Assembly: GCA_964057225.1 (NCBI GenBank)
Contig: CAXKVF010000073.1
Location: forward strand, 682,001-746,000
Length of the DNA stretch: 64,000 bases
Direction of reading: 5' to 3'
Source of the DNA: Auanema rhodensis
Taxonomy: Eukaryota; Animalia; Nematoda
Positions 52,903 through 64,000 of this stretch are shown piece by piece. The translations under genes and the position numbers were made by a program. Position 1 is the first letter of the stretch. Each line of letters begins with the position of its first letter. The notes under the pieces are model-generated. The model was not told the DNA's origin and did not search any database. It worked only from the letters and a program-made list of their open reading frames with translations.

Positions 52903-55900
52903 TTTAGACTAATATGGACATGGGGAATCTAATTTTGAAAACCGCATCTCTTTATCTTTCACGTGAAGCGAGTTACATACCAAGTGCACATCACGTGTAC
53001 ATTTAATTAGCATAAATTAAAGTTCACGTATATTTCAAAGTCATGGTTACCATGAACTAATATCAATAAAAATTTGTTTTTAGACTAATATGGACATGGG
53101 GAATCTAATTTTGAAAACCGCATCTCTTTATCTTTCACGTGAAGCGAGTTACATACCAAGTGCACATCACGTGTACATTTAATTAGCATAAATTAAAGTT
53201 CACGTAAATTTCAAAGTCATGGTTACCATGAACCAATATGAATAAAAATTTGTTTTTAGACTAATATGGACATGGGGAATCTAATTTTGAAAACCGCATC
53301 TCTTTATCTTTCACGTGAAGCGAGTTACATACCAAGTGCACATCACGTGTACATTTAATTAGCATAAATTAAAGTTCACGTAAATTTCAAAGTCATGGTT
53401 ACCATGAACCAATATCAATAAAAATTTGTTTTTAGACTAATATGGACATGGGAAAACTAATTTTGAAAACCGCATCTCTTTATCTTTCACGTGAAGCGAG
53501 TTACATACCAAGTGCACATCACGTGTACATTTAATTAGCATAAATTAAAGTTCACGTAAATTTCAAAGTCATGGTTACCATGAACCAATATCAATAAAAA
53601 TTTGTTTTTAGACTAATATGGACATGGGGAATCTAATTTTGAAAACCGCATCTCTTTATCTTTCACGTGAAGCGAGTTACATACCAAGTGCACATCACGT
53701 GTACATTTAATTAGCATAAATTAAAGTTCACGTAAATTTCAAAGTCATGGTTACCATGAACCAATATCAATAAAAATTTGTTTTTAGACTAATATGGAAA
53801 TGGGGAATCTAATTTTGAAAACCGCATCTCTTTATCTTTCACGTGAAGCGAGTTACATACCAAGTGCACATCACGTGTACATTTAATTGGCATAAATTAA
53901 AGTTCACGTAAATTTCAAAGTCATGGTTACCATGCACCAATATCAATAAAAATTTGTTTTTAGACTAATATGGACATGGGGAATCTAATTTTGTAAACCG
54001 CATCTCTTTATCTTTCACGTGAAGCGAGTTACATACCAAGTGCACATCACGTGTACATTTAATTAGCATAAATTAAAGTTCACGTAAAATTCAAAGTCAT
54101 GGTTACCATGAACCAATATCAATAAAAATTTGTTTTTAGACTAATATAGACATGGGGAATCTAATTTTGAAAACCGCATCTCTTTATCTTTCACGTGAAG
54201 CGAGTTACATACCAAGTGCACATCACGTGTACATTTAATTAGCATAAATTAAAGTTCACGTAAATTTCAAAGTCATGGTTACCATGAACCAATATCAATA
54301 AAAATTTGTTTTTAGACTAATATGGACATGGGGAATCTAATTTTGAAAACCGCATCTCTTTATCTTTCACGTGAAGCGAGTTACATACCAAGTGCACATC
54401 ACGTGTACATTTAATTAGCATAAATTAAAGTTCACGTAAATTTCAAAGTCATGGTTACCATGAACCAATATCAATAAAAATTTGTTTTTAGACTAATATG
54501 GACATGGGGAATCTAATTTTGAAAACCCCATCTCTTTATCTTTCACGTGAAGCGAGTTACATACCAAGTGCACATCACGTGTACATTTAATTAGCATAAA
54601 TTAAAGTTCACGTAAATTTCAAAGTCATGGTTACCATGCACCAATATCAATAAAAATTTGTTTTTAGACTAATATGGACATGGGCAATCTAATTTTGAAA
54701 ACCGCATCTCTTTATCTTTCACGTGAAGCGAGTTACATACCAAGTGCACATCACGTGTACATTTAATTAGCATAAATTAAAGTTCACGTAAATTTCAAAG
54801 TCATGGTTACCATGAACCAATATCAATAAAAATTTGTTTTTAGACTAATATGGACATGGGGAATCTAATTTTGAAAACCGCATCTCTTTATCTTTCACGT
54901 GAAGCGAGTTACATACCAAGTGCACATCACGTGTACTATTAATTAGCATAAATTAAAGTTCACGTAAATTTCAAAGTCATGGTTACCATGCACCAATATC
55001 AATAAAAATTTGTTTTTAGACTAATATGGACATGGGGAATCTAATTTTGAAAACCGCATCTCTTTATCTTTCACGTGAAGCGAGTTACATACCAAGTGCA
55101 CATCACGTGTACATTTAATTAGCATAAATTAAAGTTCACGTAAAATTCAAAGTCATGGTTACCATGAACCAATATCAATAAAAATTTGTTTTTAGACTAA
55201 TATGGACATGGGGAATCTAATTTTGAAAACCGCATCTCTTTATCTTTCACGTGAAGCGAGTTACATACCAAGTGCACATCACGTGTACATTTAATTAGCA
55301 TAAATTAAAGTTCATGTAAATTTCAAAGTCATGGTTACCATGCACCAATATCAATAAAAATTTGTTTTTGGACTAATATGGACATGGGGAATCTAATTTT
55401 GAAAACCGCATCTCTTCATCTTTCACGTGAAGCGAGTTACATACCAAGTGCACATCACGTGTACATTTAATTAGCATAAATTAAAGTTCACGTAAATTTC
55501 AAAGTCATGGTTACCATGAACCAATATCAATAAAAATTTGTTTTTAGACTAATATGGACATGGGGAATCTAATTTTGAAAACCGCATCTCTTCATCTTTC
55601 ACGTGAAGCGAGTTACATACCAAGTGCACATCACGTGTACATTTAATTAGCATAAATTAAAGTTCACGTAAATTTCAAAGTCATGGTTACCATGAACCAA
55701 TATCAATAAAAATTTGTTTTTAGACTAATATGGACATGAGGAATCTAATTTTGAAAACCGCATCTCTTCATCTTTCACGTGAAGCGAGTTACATACCAAG
55801 TGCACATCACGTGTACATTTAATTAGCATAAATTAAAGTTCACGTAAATTTCAAAGTCATGGTTACCATGCACCAATATCAATAAAAATTTGTTTTTAGA

Positions 55901-57302
55901 CTAATATGGACATGGGGAATCTAATTTTGAAAACCGCATCTCTTTATCTTTCACGTGAAGCGAGTTACATACCAAGTGCACATCACGTGTACATTTAATT
56001 AGCATAAATTAAAGTTCACGTAAATTTCAAAGTCATGGTTACCATGAACCAATATGAATAAAAATTTGTTTTTAGACTAATATGGACATGGGGAATCTAA
56101 TTTTGAAAACCGCATCTATTTATCTTTCACGTGAAGCGAGTTACATACCAAGTGCACATCACGTGTACATTTAATTAGCATAAATTAAAGTTCACGTAAA
56201 TTTCAAAGTCATGGTTACCATGAACCAATATCAATAAAAATTTGTTTTTAGACTAATATGGACATGGGGAATCTAATTTTGAAAACCGCATCTCTTTATC
56301 TTTCACGTGAAGCGAGTTACATACCAAGTGCACATCACGTGTACATTTAATTAGCATAAATTAAAGTTCACGTAAATTTCAAAGTCATGGTTACCATGAA
56401 CCAATATCAATAAAAATTTGTTTTTAGACTAATATGGACATGGGGAATCTAATTTTGAAAACCGCATCTCTTTATCTTTCACGTGAAGCGAGTTACATAC
56501 CAAGTGCACATCACGTGTACATTTAATTAGCATAAATTAAAGTTCACGTAAATTTCAAAGTCATGGTTACCATGCACCAATATCAATAAAAATTTGTTTT
56601 TAGACTAATATGGACATGGGGAATCTAATTTTGAGAACCGCATCTCTTTATCTTTCACGTGAAGCGAGTTGCATACCAAGTGCACATCACGTGTACATTT
56701 AATTAGCATAAATTAAAGTTCACGTAAATTTCAAAGTCATGGTTACCATGCACCAATATCAATAAAAATTTGTTTTTAGACTAATATGGACATGGGGAAT
56801 CTAATTTTGAAAACCGCATCTCTTTATCTTTCACGTGAAGCGAGTTACATACCAAGTGCACATCACGTGTACATTTAATTAGCATAAATTAAAGTTCACG
56901 TAAAATTCAAAGTCATGGTTACCATGAACCAATATCAATAAAAATTTGTTTTTAGACTAATATGGACAAGGGGAATCTAATTTTGAAAACCGCATCTCTT
57001 TATCTTTCACGTGAAGCGAGTTACATACCAAGTGCACATCACGTGTACATTTAATTAGCATAAATTAAAGTTCACGTAAATTTCAAAGTCATGGTTACCA
57101 TGAAGCAATATCAATAAAAATTTGTTTTTAGACTAATATGGACATGGGGAATCTAATTTTGAAAACCGCATCTCTTTATCTTTCACGTGAAGCGAGTTAC
57201 ATACCAAGTGCACATCACGTGTACATTTAATTAGCATAAATTAAAGTTCACGTAAATTTCAAAGTCATGGTTACCATGAACCAATATCAATAAAAATTTG
57301 TT

Positions 57303-60118
57303 TTTAGACTAATATGGACATGGGGAATCTAATTTTGAAAACCGCATCTCTTTATCTTTCACGTGAAGCGAGTTACATACCAAGTGCACATCACGTGTAC
57401 ATTTAATTAGCATAAATTAAAGTTCACGTAAATTTCAAAGTCATGGTTACCATGAACTAATATCAATAAAAATTTGTTTTTAGACTTATATGGACATGGG
57501 GAATCTAATTTTGAAAACCGCATCTCTTTATCTTTCACGTGAAGCGAGTTACATACCAAGTGCACATCACGTGTACATTTAATTAGCATAAATTAAAGTT
57601 CACGTAAATTTCAAAGTCATGGTTACCATGAAGCAATATCAATAAAAATTTGTTTTTAGACTAATATGGACAGGGGGAATCTAATTTCGAAAACCGCATC
57701 TCTTTATCTTTCACGTGAAGCGAGTTACATACCAAGTGCACATCACGTGTACATTTAATTAGCATAAATTTAAGTTCACGTAAAATTCAAAGTCATGGTT
57801 ACCATGAACCAATATCAATAAAAATTTGTTTTTAGACTAATATGGACATGGGGAATCTAATTTTGAAAACCGTATCTCTTTATCTTTCACGTGAAGCGAG
57901 TTACATACCAAGTGCACATCACGTGTACATTTAATTAGCATAAATTAAAGTTCACGTAAAATTCAAAGTCATGGTTACCATGAACCAATATCAATAAAAA
58001 TTTGTTTTTAGACTAATATGGACATGGGGAATCTAATTTTGAAAACCGCATCTCTTTATCTTTCACGTGAAGCGAGTTACATACCAAGTGCACATCACGT
58101 GTACATTTAATTAGCATAAATTAAAGTTCACGTAAATTTCAAAGTCATGGTTACCATGAACTAATATCAATAAAAATTTGTTTTTAGACTAATATGGACA
58201 TGGGGAATCTAATTTTGAAAACCGCATCTCTTTATCTTTCACGTGAAGCGAGTTACATACCAAGTGCACATCACGTGTACATTTAATTAGCATAAATTAA
58301 AGTTCACGTAAATTTCAAAGTCATGGTTACCATGAAGCAATATCAATAAAAATTTGTTTTTAGACTAATATGGACAGGGGGAATCTAATTTTGAAAACCG
58401 CATCTCTTTATCTTTCACGTGAAGCGAGTTACATACCAAGTGCACATCACGTGTACATTTAATTAGCATAAATTAAAGTTCACGTAAAATTCAAAGTCAT
58501 GGTTACCATGAACCAATATCAATAAAAATTTGTTTTTAGACTAATATGGACATGGGGAATCTAATTTTGAAAACCGTATCTCTTTATCTTTCACGTGAAG
58601 CGAGTTACATACCAAGTGCACATCACGTGTACATTTAATTAGCATAAATTAAAGTTCACGTAAAATTCAAAGTCATGGTTACCATGAACCAATATCAATA
58701 AAAATTTGTTTTTAGACTAATATGGACATGGGGAATCTAATTTTGAAAACCGCATCTCTTTATCTTTCACGTGAAGCGAGTTACATACCAAGTGCACATC
58801 ACGTGTACATTTAATTAGCATAAATTAAAGTTCACGTAAATTTCAAAGTCATGGTTACCATGAACTAATATCAATAAAAATTTGTTTTTAGACTAATATG
58901 GACATGGGGAATCTAATTTTGAAAACCGCATCTCTTTATCTTTCACGTGAAGCGAGTTACATACCAAGTGCACATCACGTGTACATTTAATTAGCATAAA
59001 TTAAAGTTCACGTAAATTTCAAAGTCATGGTTACCATGAAGCAATATCAATAAAAATTTGTTTTTAGACTAATATGGACAGGGGGAATCTAATTTTGAAA
59101 ACCGCATCTCTTTATCTTTCACGTGAAGCGAGTTACATACCAAGTGCACATCACGTGTACATTTAATTAGCATAAATTAAAGTTCACGTAAAATTCAAAG
59201 TCATGGTTACCATGAACCAATATCAATAAAAATTTGTTTTTAGACTAATATGGACATGGGGAATCTAATTTTGAAAACCGTATCTCTTTATCTTTCACGT
59301 GAAGCGAGTTACATACCAAGTGCACATCACGTGTACATTTAATTAGCATAAATTAAAGTTCACGTAAAATTCAAAGTCATGGTTACCATGAACCAATATC
59401 AATAAAAATTAGTTTTTAGACTAATATGGACATGGGGAATCTAATTTTGAAAACCGCATCTCTTTATCTTTCACGTGAAGCGAGTTACATACCAAGTGCA
59501 CATCACGTGTACATTTAATTAGCATAAATTAAAGTTCACGTAAATTTCAAAGTCATGGTTACCATGAACTAATATCAATAAAAATTTGTTTTTAGACTAA
59601 TATGGACATGGGGAATCTAATTTTGAAAACCGCATCTCTTTATCTTTCACGTGAAGCGAGTTACATACCAAGTGCACATCACGTGTACATTTAATTAGCA
59701 TAAATTAAAGTTCACGTAAATTTCAAAGTCATGGTTACCATGAAGCAATATCAATAAAAATTTGTTTTTAGACTAATATGGACAGGAGGAATCTAATTTT
59801 GAAAACCGCATCTCTTTATCTTTCACGTGAAGCGAGTTACATACCAAGTGCACATCACGTGTACATTTAATTAGCATAAATTAAAGTTCACGTAAAATTC
59901 AAAGTCATGGTTACCATGAACCAATATCAATAAAAATCTGTTTTTAGACTAATATGGACATGGGGAATCTAATTTTGAAAACCGCATCTCTTTATCTTTC
60001 ACGTGAAGCGAGTTACATACCAAGTGCACATCACGTGTACATTTAATTAGCATAAATTAAAGTTCACGTAAAATTCAAAGTCATGGTTACCATGCACCAA
60101 TATCAATAAAAATTTGTT
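57303..60118 (+). repeat. Second run of the same 4-mer HOR, 4 copies
   Basis: T19G at 57673, 58377, 59081 and 59785 (704-bp spacing); C43T at 57873, 58577 and 59281. Confidence 0.9.
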
Positions 60119-60294
60119 TTTAGACTAATATGGACATGGGGAATCTAATTTTGAAAACCGCATCTCTTTATCTTTCACGTGAAGCGAGTTACATACCAAG
60201 TGCACATCACGTGTACATTTAATTAGCATAAATTAAAGTTCACGTAAATTTCAAAGTCATGGTTACCATGAACCAATATCAATAAAAATTTGTT

Positions 60295-63200
60295 TTTAGA
60301 CTAATATGGACATGGGGAATCTAATTTTGAAAACCGCATCTCTTTATCTTTCACGTGAAGCGAGCTACATACCAAGTGCACATCACGTGTACATTTAATT
60401 AGCATAAATTAAAGTTCACGTAAATTTCAAAGTCATGGTTACCATGAAGCAATATCAATAAAAATTTGTTTTTAGACTAATATGGACATGGGGAATCTAA
60501 TTTTGAAAACCGCATCTCTTTATCTTTCACGTGAAGCGAGTTACATACCAAGTGCACATCACGTGTACATTTAATTAGCATAAATTAAAGTTCACGTAAA
60601 TTTCAAAGTCATGGTTACCATGAAGCAATATCAATAAAAATTTGTTTTTAGACTAATATGGACATGGGGAATCTAATTTTGAAAACCGCATCTCTTTATC
60701 TTTCACGTGAAGCGAGTTACATACCATGTGCACATCACGTGTACATTTAATTAGCATAAATTAAAGTTCACGTAAATTTCAAAGTCATGGTTACCATGAA
60801 GCAATATCAATAAAAATTTGTTTTTAGACTAATATGGACATGGGGAATCTAATTTCGAAAACCGCATCTCTTTATCTTTCACGTGAAGCGAGTTACATAC
60901 CATGTGCACATCACGTGTACATTTAATTAGCATAAATTAAAGTTCACGTAAATTTCAAAGTCATGGTTACCATGAAGCAATATCAATAAAAATTTGTTTT
61001 TAGACTAATATGGACATGGGGAATCTAATTTCGAAAACCGCATCTCTTTATCTTTCACGTGAAGCGAGTTACATACCATGTGCACATCACGTGTACATTT
61101 AATTAGCATAAATTAAAGTTCACGTAAATTTCAAAGTCATGGTTACCATGAACCAATATCAATAAAAATTTGTTTTTAGACTAATATGGACATGGGGAAT
61201 CTAATTTTGAAAACCGCATCTCTTTATCTTTCACGTGAAGCGAGTTACATACCAAGTGCACATCACGTGTACATTTAATTAGCATAAATTAAAGTTCACG
61301 TAAAATTCAAAGTCATGGTTACCATGCACCAATATCAATAAAAATTTGTTTTTAGACTAATATGGACATGGGGAATCTAATTTTGAAAACCGCATCTCTT
61401 TATCTTTCACGTGAAGCGAGTTACATACCAAGTGCACATCACGTGTACATTTAATTAGCATAAATTAAAGTTCACGTAAATTTCAAAGTCATGGTTACCA
61501 TGAACCAATATCAATAAAAATTTGTTTTTAGACTAATATGGACATGGGGAATCTAATTTTGAAAACCGCATCTCTTTATCTTTCACGTGAAGCGAGCTAC
61601 ATACCAAGTGCACATCACGTGTACATTTAATTAGCATAAATTAAAGTTCACGTAAATTTCAAAGTCATGGTTACCATGAAGCAATATCAATAAAAATTTG
61701 TTTTTAGACTAATATGGACATGGGGAATCTAATTTTGAAAACCGCATCTCTTTATCTTTCACGTGAAGCGAGTTACATACCAAGTGCACATCACGTGTAC
61801 ATTTAATTAGCATAAATTAAAGTTCACGTAAATTTCAAAGTCATGGTTACCATGAAGCAATATCAATAAAAATTTGTTTTTAGACTAATATGGACATGGG
61901 GAATCTAATTTTGAAAACCGCATCTCTTTATCTTTCACGTGAAGCGAGTTACATACCATGTGCACATCACGTGTACATTTAATTAGCATAAATTAAAGTT
62001 CACGTAAATTTCAAAGTCATGGTTACCATGAAGCAATATCAATAAAAATTTGTTTTTAGACTAATATGGACATGGGGAATCTAATTTCGAAAACCGCATC
62101 TCTTTATCTTTCACGTGAAGCGAGTTACATACCATGTGCACATCACGTGTACATTTAATTAGCATAAATTAAAGTTCACGTAAATTTCAAAGTCATGGTT
62201 ACCATGAAGCAATATCAATAAAAATTTGTTTTTAGACTAATATGGACATGGGGAATCTAATTTCGAAAACCGCATCTCTTTATCTTTCACGTGAAGCGAG
62301 TTACATACCATGTGCACATCACGTGTACATTTAATTAGCATAAATTAAAGTTCACGTAAATTTCAAAGTCATGGTTACCATGAACCAATATCAATAAAAA
62401 TTTGTTTTTAGACTAATATGGACATGGGGAATCTAATTTTGAAAACCGCATCTCTTTATCTTTCACGTGAAGCGAGTTACATACCAAGTGCACATCACGT
62501 GTACATTTAATTAGCATAAATTAAAGTTCACGTAAATTTCAAAGTCATGGTTACCATGAAGCAATATCAATAAAAATTTGTTTTTAGACTAATATGGACA
62601 TGGGGAATCTAATTTTGAAAACCGCATCTCTTTATCTTTCACGTGAAGCGAGTTACATACCATGTGCACATCACGTGTACATTTAATTAGCATAAATTGA
62701 AGTTCACGTAAATTTCAAAGTCATGGTTACCATGAAGCAATATCAATAAAAATTTGTTTTTAGACTAATATGGACATGGGGAATCTAATTTCGAAAACCG
62801 CATCTCTTTATCTTTCACGTGAAGCGAGTTACATACCATGTGCACATCACGTGTACATTTAATTAGCATAAATTAAAGTTCACGTAAATTTCAAAGTCAT
62901 GGTTACCATGAAGCAATATCAATAAAAATTTGTTTTTAGACTAATATGGACATGGGGAATCTAATTTCGAAAACCGCATCTCTTTATCTTTCACGTGAAG
63001 CGAGTTACATACCATGTGCACATCACGTGTACATTTAATTAGCATAAATTAAAGTTCACGTAAATTTCAAAGTCATGGTTACCATGAACCAATATCAATA
63101 AAAATTTGTTTTTAGACTAATATGGACATGGGGAATCTAATTTTGAAAACCGCATCTCTTTATCTTTCACGTGAAGCGAGTTACATACCAAGTGCACATC

Positions 63201-63462
63201 ACGTGTACATTTAATTAGCATAAATTAAAGTTCACGTAAATTTCAAAGTCATGGTTACCATGAAGCAATATCAATAAAAATTTGTTTTTAGACTAATATG
63301 GACATGGGGAATCTAATTTCGAAAACCGCATCTCTTTATCTTTCACGTGAAGCGAGTTACATACCATGTGCACATCACGTGTACATTTAATTAGCATAAA
63401 TTAAAGTTCACGTAAATTTCAAAGTCATGGTTACCATGAACCAATATCAATAAAAATTTGTT
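60295..63462 (+). repeat. Subdomain marked by A81T and T34C variants, with a 7-mer duplication and shorter derivatives
   Basis: T71C (GAGCTAC) at 60365 and 61597 (1232=7x176). A81T at 60727, 60903, 61079, 61959, 62135, 62311, 62663, 62839, 63015 and 63367, not seen earlier in the window. Confidence 0.88.
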
Positions 63463-64000
63463 TTTAGACTAATATGGACATGGGGAATCTAATTTTGAAA
63501 ACCGCATCTCTTTATCTTTCACGTGAAGCGAGTTACATACCAAGTGCACATCACGTGTACATTTAATTAGCATAAATTAAAGTTCACGTAAATTTCAAAG
63601 TCATGGTTACCATGCACCAATATCAATAAAAATTTGTTTTTAGACTAATATAGACATGGGGAATCTAATTTTGAAAACCGCATCTCTTTATCTTTCACGT
63701 GAAGCGAGTTACATACCAAGTGCACATCACGTGTACATTTAATTAGCATAAATTAAAGTTCACGTAAATTTCAAAGTCATGGTTACCATGAACCAATATC
63801 AATAAAAATTTGTTTTTAGACTAATATGGACATGGGGAATCTAATTTTGAAAACCGCATCTCTTTATCTTTCACGTGAAGCGAGTTACATACCAAGTGCA
63901 CATCACGTGTACATTTAATTAGCATAAATTAAAGTTCACGTAAATTTCAAAGTCATGGTTACCATGAAGCAATATCAATAAAAATTTGTTTTTAGACTAA

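Larger units (their letters stand above)
1..64000. repeat. Tandem satellite DNA array, 176-bp monomer, about 364 copies, single orientation, continuing past both window edges (centromeric/pericentromeric-type satellite)
   Basis: TTTAGACTAATATGGACATG recurs at 1, 177, 353 ... 2641 (1+15x176) and 5281 (1+30x176). The register shifts +3 after about 5320 and -77 after 20857, then holds from 20871 to 63991 (exactly 245x176). Length check: 362x176+179+99+10=64000. Satellite status is seen directly; a centromeric role is inferred only. Confidence 0.99.

Noticed and set aside
57407-57589. 60-aa minus-strand ORF from the ORF track
   Set aside because: It is satellite sequence. A private A9T change at 57487 turns the minus-strand TAG into AAG in one monomer; the other monomers keep the stop. 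The 176-bp period is not a multiple of 3 and the peptide has no recognisable domain.
60850-60870. CENP-B box in T34C monomers (TTCGAAAACCGCATC)
   Set aside because: Only TTCG matches. The required A and CGGG of TTCGnnnnAnnCGGG are absent, and the consensus monomer lacks TTCG.
1-64000. CRISPR array or other repeat-spacer system
   Set aside because: There are no unique spacers: the whole 176 bp repeats and variation is limited to SNPs. There are no cas or other genes and no leader.

Overview
The whole 64-kb window is one uninterrupted head-to-tail satellite DNA array. The monomer is 176 bp and about 32% GC (56/176 in the consensus, hand-counted). Taking TTTAGACTAA at position 1 as the register, there are 364 units plus 10 bp: 362 of 176 bp, one of 179 bp (A-tract expansion near 5316-5322) and one of 99 bp (77-bp deletion at 20857/20858). 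Most monomers differ from consensus at only 0-3 positions. I find no credible genes, RNA genes, transposons, CRISPR spacers, telomeric repeats or strand inversions; the single 60-aa ORF comes from one point mutation that removes a stop codon. Size, AT content and homogeneity fit a eukaryotic centromeric or pericentromeric satellite, but that is inference, and I cannot assign the species or family. The structure of interest is internal. (i) The monomer is tiled by short dyad symmetries and carries three CACGT(G/A) motifs 32-33 bp apart. (ii) A four-state variable site next to a 15-bp palindrome carries much of the variation. (iii) Diagnostic SNPs show nested local higher-order repeats (2- to 12-mers), long-range block duplications (18 to 89 monomers apart) and a sharp haplotype boundary near 38.1 kb. 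(iv) Several multi-base variants look locally templated. Monomer positions (e.g. G42A) refer to consensus positions 1-176. All counts are by eye and should be confirmed computationally.
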